Virus record (IMG/VR): IMGVR_UViG_3300020177_000966
Reading direction: 5' to 3' (one strand)
DNA: 64,000 nucleotides
From: a virus
Lineage: Duplodnaviria; Caudoviricetes
Positions 47,469 through 56,563 of this stretch are shown one piece after another. The notes beneath the pieces are model-generated. The model had not been told where the DNA came from. It did not search any database and was given only the letters and a program-made list of their open reading frames with translations. Numbering within the stretch: the first letter of the stretch is position 1; each line of letters starts with the position of its first letter. The position numbers were made by a program, and so were the translations under genes.

Positions 47469-48257
47469 TTATTTTTTGCCAGCTACTTTTTGTGCCGCTA
47501 CTTTAACATCAATAGCATATGCGCCATCTCTGTATGGATCATTAGGATCAGATGCTTCTTCCGGATCTCTCATATCCTTAGGCATATTAGGAAACATCAT
47601 AACTGCTTGCCAAGGTTCAAATCCTCTACCTTGAAGTAATGCAGGAAGATCACGCAATTTTTGTCTAAAATCTAACCATGCAGTTTGAATTGATTCTGGT
47701 GCGTCTGTTTGACCTACTTTAGCATCTGTTTCATGTAACATTTGATCACGTAAGTCTCTAACTTGTTGCCATGTTAGGTCCATCTTAGAACCTGTTGCGG
47801 CCCAATCTCTTACACCAAGATTAAATGTTTCTGTTTCAAAGTTATATGTAATGTCAGCATCGTTATACACATCACGTGGCTCTAACTCTAATGTATGTTC
47901 TACATCAGGAAATCCATCTGGTGCGTCCCATAATACTTCCCACTCTCTTGCACGTCTAAACTCAATTAAGTCTTCACGTCCACAATCATTACCAATTTCA
48001 CACAATAGTGGATTTTCTTTGCAATCAACTGTTACTCTTGTAATGTCTTGGGCCGCTGGTCTTTCTAAGTCTCTTTTTAACCATAAGCACCATCCTGATT
48101 CTTTACCGTAATCCTCTGATGATGTATCATTATTAACTTCGAAAGTTAAGAATTCAGGACCGACATATGTAAACGTTCCGGTCTTACCTTGTGTAAAACT
48201 ATTCTTTCTCCATTCGTCCCACACTGGGTATGTAAATTCTTTTCTAATTGTTCTCAT
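47469..48257 (-). CDS. Tail fibre assembly chaperone-like protein
   Basis: C-terminal WQQVRDLRDQMLHETD...WLDFRQKLRDLP...FP; directly downstream of the Cys-rich genes; TAAATA at 48277-48282. Confidence 0.75.
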   Translation of the reverse strand: MRTIRKEFTYPVWDEWRKNSFTQGKTGTFTYVGPEFLTFEVNNDTSSEDYGKESGWCLWLKRDLERPAAQDITRVTVDCKENPLLCEIGNDCGREDLIEFRRAREWEVLWDAPDGFPDVEHTLELEPRDVYNDADITYNFETETFNLGVRDWAATGSKMDLTWQQVRDLRDQMLHETDAKVGQTDAPESIQTAWLDFRQKLRDLPALLQGRGFEPWQAVMMFPNMPKDMRDPEEASDPNDPYRDGAYAIDVKVAAQKVAGKK

Positions 48258-48290
48258 TTTATATAACTCCTAAAAGTATTTATCATTGTT

Positions 48291-49127
48291 TTACATAAAT
48301 GTTATTCTAACAACACCTGATCCGCCTTGGCCTGATCCACCTGCACAACATTTTGCCCAGTTATTACAGTACGAGCTTACACCAGCTTGTCCGCCGCCTG
48401 CTGGCCAGTCAATGTGACAACCACATGAGCACCATGCTTCATTAGTTACACCTACTTGCATTTTACCAAATAAAGGTGCTGATCCTGAGAATGAATAAGT
48501 GTACACACAGTGACAGTAACCATGTCCTGGTTCTGTTCCTGATGTACCCATCATTCCAAAGTCTGCTCCAAATATACCACAAACGTTACAGTTAGAACAT
48601 GTATGTGAGTGTCTTGGTCCCCAAGCATCTCCATTACACATCCATCCTCCGCAACCACCTGTTGTACAAAAATTACTTAAATTGTGTCCGTTAACATATG
48701 ACTTACATCCCATACCTGCTGTACAAGTATGTGATTTACCACAAGGCCAACTACCGCCCGCACATACTGTGTACTGACATCCTGGACTTGTACTTACTGT
48801 TTTAGAAGCGTAATTGCCTCCGGCGCCGCCGATTGTAAACATACAATAGTTACAGCATGTGCTACCTGGGCCGCCACCGCCGCCTGACCAAATTTCAAAT
48901 GTTACAGTTGATGCTCCGTCTGGAACGCACCAATAACAACATTTGCCGTTTGCTTGCTCACAACATCCACTTTGTCTAGCACAACTATGGCATGCCATTC
49001 CGCGCTCATTGTATATCCACTGCACTCCCATGTTATTGCCGTTTCCGTGAGCAATATCTGAGTTTTGCACTGCACTATTAACAATACTGTCTGTATTAAC
49101 TTTTTTATAACTTGCGTATGTAGCCAT
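48291..49127 (-). CDS. Cys/Gly-rich putative tail-tip adhesin, paralogue C
   Basis: 29 Cys in 278 aa (counted); FEIWSGGGGG, GGAGGNY and GQGGSGVVRITF Gly-rich fibre motifs. Confidence 0.6.
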   Translation of the reverse strand: MATYASYKKVNTDSIVNSAVQNSDIAHGNGNNMGVQWIYNERGMACHSCARQSGCCEQANGKCCYWCVPDGASTVTFEIWSGGGGGPGSTCCNYCMFTIGGAGGNYASKTVSTSPGCQYTVCAGGSWPCGKSHTCTAGMGCKSYVNGHNLSNFCTTGGCGGWMCNGDAWGPRHSHTCSNCNVCGIFGADFGMMGTSGTEPGHGYCHCVYTYSFSGSAPLFGKMQVGVTNEAWCSCGCHIDWPAGGGQAGVSSYCNNWAKCCAGGSGQGGSGVVRITFM

Positions 49128-49139
49128 TAATTTCTTTCC

Positions 49140-49976
49140 TTATGCATATGTTACTCTTACTAAGCCCGATCCGCCCATATTTCCACCGGCACAACATTTT
49201 GCCCAGTTACCGCAATAACTAGATTGAGCTGTTTGGCCACCGCCTGCTGGCCAGTTAGTATAACATGCACAATTACACCATGCTTCTGCGTTTGATCCTG
49301 CAAACATTTTTCCTACAAATGGAGCAACACCTGTTTGTCCCCAGTCGCCTGATTTACACTGACATCCGCCATGTCCGCCTGACACTCCTGTTGATCCCAT
49401 AATTCCAAAATCTGCTCCAAATATACCACAAACGTTACAGTTAGCACATGTTTGTGTATGACGTGGACCCCAAGCATCTCCATTACACATCCAGCCCGGA
49501 CAACCACCTGTTGTACAAAAGTTACTTAAATTATGTCCGTTAACATATGATTTACAACCCATGCCAGCCGTACAAGTATGTGACTTAGAACACGGCCATG
49601 TTCCTCCAGCACAAATTGTGTACTGACATCCAGGGCATGTACTAATTGATCTTACAGCATAGTTGCCGCCTGAGCCACCTGCTGAATGCATACAATAGTT
49701 ACAGCATGTGCTACCAGCACCTGCGCCACCACCTGACCAAATTTCAAATACTACTTTTGATGCGCCCGAAGGTACAGACCAATAGCAACATTTACCATTT
49801 GCTTGTTCGCAACAATCACCGGCATCAGCACAGTGTTGGCATGCCATGCCGCGTTCGTTAAATACCCAAAAAGTATGGTACTTATTTCCTGCTCCTGGAC
49901 CTAATTTTTCTGCGCCGACACTATTATCTTGGAAGTTGTCTGTTGTTAGTGTTTTATAACTTGCGTATGTAGCCAT
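49140..49976 (-). CDS. Cys/Gly-rich putative tail-tip adhesin, paralogue B
   Basis: 29 Cys in 278 aa; FEIWSGGGAG, GGSGLVRVTY. Confidence 0.6.
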   Translation of the reverse strand: MATYASYKTLTTDNFQDNSVGAEKLGPGAGNKYHTFWVFNERGMACQHCADAGDCCEQANGKCCYWSVPSGASKVVFEIWSGGGAGAGSTCCNYCMHSAGGSGGNYAVRSISTCPGCQYTICAGGTWPCSKSHTCTAGMGCKSYVNGHNLSNFCTTGGCPGWMCNGDAWGPRHTQTCANCNVCGIFGADFGIMGSTGVSGGHGGCQCKSGDWGQTGVAPFVGKMFAGSNAEAWCNCACYTNWPAGGGQTAQSSYCGNWAKCCAGGNMGGSGLVRVTYA

Positions 49977-49988
49977 TATTCTTTTTCC

Positions 49989-50828
49989 TTACACATAAGT
50001 AATCTTTACAATTCCTGATCCGCCTTGGCCTGATCCACCTGCACAACATTTTGCCCAGTTATCACAATAACTAGATGTTCCAGGAGTTCCGCCACCTGCA
50101 GGCCAATTAATATGACATCCGCAAGCACACCATGCTTCGTTAGTTGCTGTTGCTACGTGCATTCCAATACCTGCGGCAGCACCTGACCAACTTGTTTGTC
50201 CATGACATCTACAAGTAGTAGTACCTGCTTTAATACCAGCAGTACCGGTAAATCCAAAGTCTGATCCAAAAATTCCGCAAATGTTACAGTTACCACAACT
50301 TGTTACAGCATGTCGCTGACCCCAAGCATCGCCATTACACATCCAGCCGCCACAGCCGCCGTCTGTACAAAAATTACTTAAATTATGTCCGTTAACATAT
50401 GATTTACAACCCATACCTGCTGTACATGTGTGTGATTTGCCACAAGGCCAACTACCACCTGCACAGACACTATATTGGCATCCTGGATTAGTGTCAATTG
50501 TTTTAATTGCGTAGTTTCCGCCGAAGCCACCAATAGCAAACGAACAGTTATTACAACAAGTATGTCCTGGGCCTCCGCCGCCACCGGACCAAATTTCAAA
50601 GGTTACTTTATAAACATTATTTGGAACACACCAATAACAGCATTTTCCGTTTGCTTGCTCACAACATCCACTTTCTCTAGCACACTGGTGGCAACGCATG
50701 CCACGTTCGTTATAGATCCATTGAACTTTTCGACAAGCCCCTGCACCGGGAGCTAACTTGTCCCTTGTAATAACTCCAGCTGGAATTCCTTCTGATGTTA
50801 TCTTTTTGTAACTTGCATAACTTGCCAT
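49989..50828 (-). CDS. Cys/Gly-rich putative tail-tip adhesin, paralogue A
   Basis: 30 Cys in 279 aa; FEIWSGGGGG, GGSGIVKITY. Confidence 0.6.
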   Translation of the reverse strand: MASYASYKKITSEGIPAGVITRDKLAPGAGACRKVQWIYNERGMRCHQCARESGCCEQANGKCCYWCVPNNVYKVTFEIWSGGGGGPGHTCCNNCSFAIGGFGGNYAIKTIDTNPGCQYSVCAGGSWPCGKSHTCTAGMGCKSYVNGHNLSNFCTDGGCGGWMCNGDAWGQRHAVTSCGNCNICGIFGSDFGFTGTAGIKAGTTTCRCHGQTSWSGAAAGIGMHVATATNEAWCACGCHINWPAGGGTPGTSSYCDNWAKCCAGGSGQGGSGIVKITYV

Positions 50829-50849
50829 TTATGTTGTTCCTCTTAAGTC

Positions 50850-51299
50850 TTATACAGTGTAAATACGCCAGCCGTATGTGTCGCCTGAAAATACCACTTC
50901 AAATGCCGCTCCTTCGGAGTTTACAGTCAAATCAGCCGCATCACCTTGAATTAATTTTCCGTTTCTACCAAGTGTTAGTGCATTGCTGTCAAATGTTTTT
51001 CTTAAATCAAAAAATCTAACAACATCGCCTACTGCCGGTGATCCTGGTAACGTAATCGTAAATGGTCCGCCGTTGGTATCACAGAACAATTGTTGTCCTG
51101 ATGCCGCGTTATACGCTGTTGTAACTGTAGTAGCGTTAAGAACACCTACTGGAAGCCATGCTGTACCGTTATACAATTCTAAGTTATTCAACTCAGTATT
51201 GAAACGGATTGAACCTGCTCCTGCATCTTGTGTTCTCTGTGCCGTAGTTCCGAAAGGAATTGTTAGACCTGGTGAACCTACTGAAATTCTTCTACCCAT
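50850..51299 (-). CDS. Small tail fibre protein (gp34 N-terminal-like repeat)
   Basis: IPFGTTAQR...GSIRFNTELNNLELYNGTAW fibre motif, then DTNGGPFTITLPGSPAVGDVVRFFD. Confidence 0.7.
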   Translation of the reverse strand: MGRRISVGSPGLTIPFGTTAQRTQDAGAGSIRFNTELNNLELYNGTAWLPVGVLNATTVTTAYNAASGQQLFCDTNGGPFTITLPGSPAVGDVVRFFDLRKTFDSNALTLGRNGKLIQGDAADLTVNSEGAAFEVVFSGDTYGWRIYTV

Positions 51300-51314
51300 C
51301 TTCTTATACCTTCC

Positions 51315-51641
51315 TTACGCCGCTGGTACGGCTGTTTCAATTCCCATTACTACTGCATTGCAGTTAGCGCCGGATGATCTTGTAACAAGCAATTTGCCTG
51401 TGTCCAATACAATACCTGTTCTTTCAAGAACGCCGTTTGGTCCGATTGATGTATCATATTCTAGATACTCACCGCCACCTGGTGTTGCACTGGTTGCTAC
51501 TGCTAATCTTATTTGAACTGTGCTTGAACTTCTATTACAAAAAGAAACAGTCACAACGCTATAAGTATCGGCAGGAACAGTATACGTTGTTGTATCCGTA
51601 TTTGCTGTAAGATCACTAATTCCTAAAATTCCTGATGCCAT
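51315..51641 (-). CDS. Small virion structural protein
   Basis: YTVPA...CNRS...IRLA motif; similar to 61878-62207; TAAATA at 51664-51669. Confidence 0.6.
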   Translation of the reverse strand: MASGILGISDLTANTDTTTYTVPADTYSVVTVSFCNRSSSTVQIRLAVATSATPGGGEYLEYDTSIGPNGVLERTGIVLDTGKLLVTRSSGANCNAVVMGIETAVPAA

Positions 51642-51673
51642 TTTATATTACTCCTATCGTTAGTATTTAGCCA

Positions 51674-54600
51674 TTAAGTTTTACTTGTCAAGTAGTACGC
51701 TAATGCAACTGGGCTACCACTTATTCCACCATTGAAATTCATCCCGGTAGTTACAGTGATTGGACTATTATCAGTTGTACTTATTGTATTACCTGTAATA
51801 TTTATTTTACCTGCTGTAACCGCGTTAACGTTCAGAGAACTACTTCCTCCACCAATTTGTGCATTGATGTATGTAATAATTGCTCTTTGTGTTGGAACAA
51901 CATTATCTGAATTAGCACTAAATGTACCATCTGTACTAAATTCATTAATAACTGCTCCGCCCTGTCCTAAGCCTACTGCTCCTAGTGACAATTCTTGTAG
52001 ACCTGCTAAACTGAATGCACTGGTATTCAAACTTGCAGATCCTGTTGACTGTTCAACGTTAAACAAACGTCCAACTCGGAAGTTACCATCTTGGTCTGTA
52101 CTTGTGTAGAACACTCGTCCGCCGCCTTGTTCTGTAACTTCGTCTTTTGGATCATTTGCATAAACTGGTGTTCCTGGATAGTTAGTACTTGATATGTTAC
52201 CTGTACCAATATCTAAGAAATCATGTCCTGTTAGACGTACTTGAGAGTATCTTCTTCTAATTGTAATGTTAGTGCCATGCTCTGGAGCAAGTTCAACTCC
52301 TAAGTCTGGACTTACTTGTAGGTTTGCAGTATAGTTTCCTGGGTTACCTAAAAGTTCTCTAACAAATACAACTTTAAAGTATCTACTATCGCCTTCAATT
52401 TGTAAGTTTGCACCTTCAGTTGGAATCTCAGTTAAACCATACACATTCATAAAGTTAGCTGATTGGTAAATGTCTCCATAACCGTCGCCGTCAACTGTTG
52501 CGCCTGCTGTTTCAAAATCAATTCCTCGTTCAGTCCATGTAGGTTGTGCTAATACACCGTTACCTACTCTAATTTCATATGGTGCTTCAGAAGTTTCATT
52601 AGGATCAGTAATTGTCAACTTTAACGTTGGGTCTGATGAACTATATCCGCTTCCTGGATTTACAATATAGAACTGTGAGATTCTATTATCTGCAACTTGT
52701 GCTCTAACTTGTGCTCCAGTGCCGCCACCGCCAATTACTACTACTCTTGGTTCAATAGTGTATGCTGTTGTAGCATCTAATGTTGAAGCAATTGCATTTG
52801 TTGGATGCCAAGTATCCCATCCTGGTGTACCGTCTGAATCTTTAACAATGTTAGCAACTTTAGTACCTGAGTTATATGATGTAATAACACCGTATTGTCC
52901 AGAACCAACTCCAGCTGTAATAACAATTCTCATACCAATGTATTTGGTGTTATTTGCTGTTTCAGTGTTTGACAAAGTAATAGTAGTTAGGCCGCCTGCC
53001 TGCGCTGTGTTTGAGCTAGTTTCATAACCTCTACCGCCAAGTGAATCAACGTCATTTAACAATCCGTCGTTATTAACATCACTTACGTTATATGTTGATC
53101 CGTCGTCTGGGTTACGGCCTCTAACTTCAAAGATGCCGCCATTAACTACATTAGAACTAGCAACTACTGCACCGTATCCATTACCGCTAATTTGATAAGT
53201 TGCAGATGTATAATTATTACCTGCGTTTGTATACTCAAAATGGATAATCTTACTACCGTCAGTTAACGCTCGACCAATTTGTGCTTCAAGTTTTCTATTA
53301 TTAACTCCGCCAGTTGTTGGAATTTCAGTTACGTCAATAAACTCTGATACTGCGCCTTTGTCACCATACGAACAGTTGCCGTTTGTTCCACGAATCTTGC
53401 CGCCATTCTCTGCTAGATAACCAATATGATTATAATAACAGAATACTGATACAAGTTCTGCACGACCTAAGTTAGTAACCCATGCACCAATACCATCACT
53501 TAGTACTTGTGTATAATCGTTAGCAACAATAGAATCATTACCACCGTTGTGCAAATTACCGTCAACTTTAATACCAATACATGCTGTTCCAAAGTTAGTA
53601 ACACCTTGTACATATGGTGAACGTGTTGTAATCCATACACGATCATCATCTGGTCCCCAACCTGGATCAAGTGAAGTATAAGCGCCTGCACTTGGACGCT
53701 TAGATCCGTATGCATTTGCCGCACTCAATGTGCCATTTAGTCCACCTAGTGTTTGGTTTCTAATACCTGTACCATCTCTTAGTAAGTACATATTTTCTAA
53801 AGTAGAACCGTTTACACTATTGCCATAAAATAATCCTGCCATTAGTGTAGCATAGTTGCTACCTTCACTTACACCGTGAATTAAATCGTAAATAAATGCA
53901 TCAATATAATGCTTTACATCCTTTTCACAAGCTACAGTATCAAAAGAATATGCTGGATAGTTTACTTCAATATATTTTGTTACATCACGTGCAATAAAAT
54001 CTTTATTAAGCATTAATAATCTAGCTGCCGCAAATTTATCTTGATCGTCAACTCTTTCGTTTCTTCCTCTAAACGCAGGAGCAGATGAATCACCACTTGC
54101 ACCATTAATCTCATAATCAATTTTGTCATATAGCTCTTGTGCTAAATCTGACAATATAGTTCCTACTGCTGAAGTACTAAGCGGATTGCTATCATTTTGA
54201 GAAACTGCGTTACCTGTTTGAGGAGTAACAGTTGTACCTTCAACAATATCACTAAGTATACTCTTCATATGTAGCACACCTGCTAAACTATATGTTGCAT
54301 CGCCAGCGGCTGTTACTGAACCTGCTGGTTCAACTCTAGTTGAACGTAATTCGTCTCCAACAATTGCAGTTAATGCAGGTACTCTAATTGGAAGTACTTC
54401 TGCATATGTTCCTGTTTTAACAAAAATTACAGCATGTGATTTTACTTGTGTAGGTAATGTATATCCTCCACCAAGTGTAATTGAGTTAGTAACTATTCCA
54501 ATCGCCGATGTAATATTTGCTAATACTCCTGCTTCTGGTGTTTTTGTAGAATCTTTAATTTGAAGATACCTATCGCCTGCCGCAACTCCATCTAAGTCTT

Positions 54601-56527
54601 GGTAGTCTGCAGGAGGTGTTGCACTATTGATAACATCTTCAACTAAGTCAATAACAAAATTAAGAGCCGCAACGTTTTGTGTTTCTGATCCAGTATCAAA
54701 CCAATCAGTACCATCATTATCTTTCATTGCTTGCGCAACTCTGCGAATATTTACGTTGCCACCTTTTCTTAAATCAATAGTAACAGCATCAACAACAAAT
54801 CCTGCTAGTCTTTGAAACTTAGCTTCGTCAAAACTAAATCCAATAAAGAATGGAGCAGTTTGTGTAATAATTTGTCTCTTAGCCCATTTAGCAGTTTCGT
54901 ATGCAATGAAAGTTCTGTTTATTTCTAACAAGTAAACTGCGTTTGGATTTTTTGGTCCTTTTTCAACTTCTTCTGCCGCATAACGAATTGTTTTCCAAGG
55001 ACGATCTAATGTCCCACCATTTGTTGGATAAGGATTGTTTATTCCGTTAGTAGCAACATAGTATACATCAGGTGTAGTAGCAAAATCTTTCCATTCTGGT
55101 AAACCTTGTGTACTTACACTTAGCACTTGTCCTTCAGAACCAATTGGTAATCTAGCTGGGCCTGAACCACTGTAGTAAAGGATGTCACCTTCTGTTGTTA
55201 GCGCACTTTCTTCAGCGCCACTTGCAACGTTTTTCCAATATGTTCCTAGCGAATCTGCTGACGGTTTATTACCAGCGGCAGATGTATGTGCTAGAATACA
55301 AATATAACTAATTAATCCTTCGCGTACTGCGTCGCCCGCATCGTATAATGTAGCATCTGTCCAAGTATCTTTCCATTCAATACCTTGAGACAATCTTGCC
55401 CAGTATGTAGCGTTTGGTGGACGGAAGCCTTGGTGGTCTGCAATACATAGATATGTATATCCACCTAATCTTACAACATCGCCAATTCTGTAATCTTGGT
55501 TAGTAGAATCATCACTCCACTCGCCTTTAAGATTAAAGCCTGTTGTAACTAAATCCCATTTTGAACTGCTCGCCGGAACTTCTGCAAAAACGTTATCATT
55601 AGCAACATATTGGTTACCACCGTAGGTTACGAAGTCGCCTGGTTGATATCTTTCATATCCTGACCATGAGTTTTCAAATTCCATACCTGGAACAAATTTG
55701 TCCCAATTAGCAATGTCAGCTTGTAGTGTACCTAGCTGTGAATCTGGATTTGTAGTAACAGAAGTATGTGATCCTGTTGCAATGTAAAGTGTAGCACCCC
55801 AAAGAACAACATCATTAACTTTATAGCGTGTTGAGTTAGTCCACTCACCTTTATAATCAAAACCTTTATTTAGATAGTCCCATTTATTTTGATCGTCTTC
55901 TAGTCCTAAAGCCTCTGTAGAAGCAGATGTATGACCTGTATTTGCAATGTATAAAGTTCCGCCGTATTTAACAATGTCGTTAACTTTATAGCGTGTTGCT
56001 ACAGCCCAATTTTGCTTCCAGTCTTGGCCTTCTGAGAAAATATCCCATTTTAAAATGTCAGCTTCTAGTCCTAAAGCATTTGTGGCCGCGGCAGTGTGAC
56101 CAGTGTTACACAAATAAATGTTTCCACCATATTTTACCAAGTCGTTTGCTTTGTAAACTGTAGAAGCTGTCCAATTGTCTTTCCAGTCAATTGAGGTAGC
56201 AAACTGATCCCATTTTGATTGATCATCTTCAAGTACAGCTTGTGCTGTATGACCGGTATTACAAATGTAAATAATACCACCATATCTTACGATATCGTTA
56301 ATTTTGTAGAATGTAGTTGTTGTCCAGTCTGACTTCCAGTCAGTACCGTCACTAAACTTATTCCAGTGATCTTCGTCATTGTAGAAATTAGCACTTGCAG
56401 TATGACCTTGTACTGCTACATAGGTTCTACCACCATATCTAATAACATCGTCTTTTAGATATGTAGTGCCAGTTACCCATGCATCTTTCCATATAAATCT
56501 AATTCTACCGAGTTTAAATTCTGCCAT
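51674..56527 (-). CDS. Large virion structural/fibre protein (1617 aa) with N-terminal Trp-rich CBM5/12-like repeats
   Basis: MAEFKLGRIRF start, eight repeats, YYVATNG...PWKTIRYA, C-terminal YSQVRLTGHDFLDIGTGN; TAAATA at 56555-56560. Confidence 0.75.
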   Translation of the reverse strand: MAEFKLGRIRFIWKDAWVTGTTYLKDDVIRYGGRTYVAVQGHTASANFYNDEDHWNKFSDGTDWKSDWTTTTFYKINDIVRYGGIIYICNTGHTAQAVLEDDQSKWDQFATSIDWKDNWTASTVYKANDLVKYGGNIYLCNTGHTAAATNALGLEADILKWDIFSEGQDWKQNWAVATRYKVNDIVKYGGTLYIANTGHTSASTEALGLEDDQNKWDYLNKGFDYKGEWTNSTRYKVNDVVLWGATLYIATGSHTSVTTNPDSQLGTLQADIANWDKFVPGMEFENSWSGYERYQPGDFVTYGGNQYVANDNVFAEVPASSSKWDLVTTGFNLKGEWSDDSTNQDYRIGDVVRLGGYTYLCIADHQGFRPPNATYWARLSQGIEWKDTWTDATLYDAGDAVREGLISYICILAHTSAAGNKPSADSLGTYWKNVASGAEESALTTEGDILYYSGSGPARLPIGSEGQVLSVSTQGLPEWKDFATTPDVYYVATNGINNPYPTNGGTLDRPWKTIRYAAEEVEKGPKNPNAVYLLEINRTFIAYETAKWAKRQIITQTAPFFIGFSFDEAKFQRLAGFVVDAVTIDLRKGGNVNIRRVAQAMKDNDGTDWFDTGSETQNVAALNFVIDLVEDVINSATPPADYQDLDGVAAGDRYLQIKDSTKTPEAGVLANITSAIGIVTNSITLGGGYTLPTQVKSHAVIFVKTGTYAEVLPIRVPALTAIVGDELRSTRVEPAGSVTAAGDATYSLAGVLHMKSILSDIVEGTTVTPQTGNAVSQNDSNPLSTSAVGTILSDLAQELYDKIDYEINGASGDSSAPAFRGRNERVDDQDKFAAARLLMLNKDFIARDVTKYIEVNYPAYSFDTVACEKDVKHYIDAFIYDLIHGVSEGSNYATLMAGLFYGNSVNGSTLENMYLLRDGTGIRNQTLGGLNGTLSAANAYGSKRPSAGAYTSLDPGWGPDDDRVWITTRSPYVQGVTNFGTACIGIKVDGNLHNGGNDSIVANDYTQVLSDGIGAWVTNLGRAELVSVFCYYNHIGYLAENGGKIRGTNGNCSYGDKGAVSEFIDVTEIPTTGGVNNRKLEAQIGRALTDGSKIIHFEYTNAGNNYTSATYQISGNGYGAVVASSNVVNGGIFEVRGRNPDDGSTYNVSDVNNDGLLNDVDSLGGRGYETSSNTAQAGGLTTITLSNTETANNTKYIGMRIVITAGVGSGQYGVITSYNSGTKVANIVKDSDGTPGWDTWHPTNAIASTLDATTAYTIEPRVVVIGGGGTGAQVRAQVADNRISQFYIVNPGSGYSSSDPTLKLTITDPNETSEAPYEIRVGNGVLAQPTWTERGIDFETAGATVDGDGYGDIYQSANFMNVYGLTEIPTEGANLQIEGDSRYFKVVFVRELLGNPGNYTANLQVSPDLGVELAPEHGTNITIRRRYSQVRLTGHDFLDIGTGNISSTNYPGTPVYANDPKDEVTEQGGGRVFYTSTDQDGNFRVGRLFNVEQSTGSASLNTSAFSLAGLQELSLGAVGLGQGGAVINEFSTDGTFSANSDNVVPTQRAIITYINAQIGGGSSSLNVNAVTAGKINITGNTISTTDNSPITVTTGMNFNGGISGSPVALAYYLTSKT
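55240..56494 (-). repeat. Eight ~50-aa W-x3-W-x4-Y-x3-D-x-V-x-YGG-x2-Y repeats (approximate bounds)
   Basis: For example WKSDWTTTTFYKINDIVRYGGIIYICNTGHT and WKQNWAVATRYKVNDIVKYGGTLYIANTGHT. Confidence 0.85.
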
Positions 56528-56563
56528 TGTTTGCTCCGTTCTTGGTATTATACATATTTATCA

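Noticed and set aside
48291-50828. Possible multiheme cytochromes (Cys/His-rich)
   Set aside because: No CxxCH motif is present (the closest is CNYCMH) and there is no signal peptide.
47469-51299. Diversity-generating retroelement or invertase-based shufflon acting on the adhesins
   Set aside because: No reverse transcriptase, no template/variable repeat pair with adenine-specific differences, and no recombinase or inverted sites in the window; all three copies are full-length and in the same orientation.
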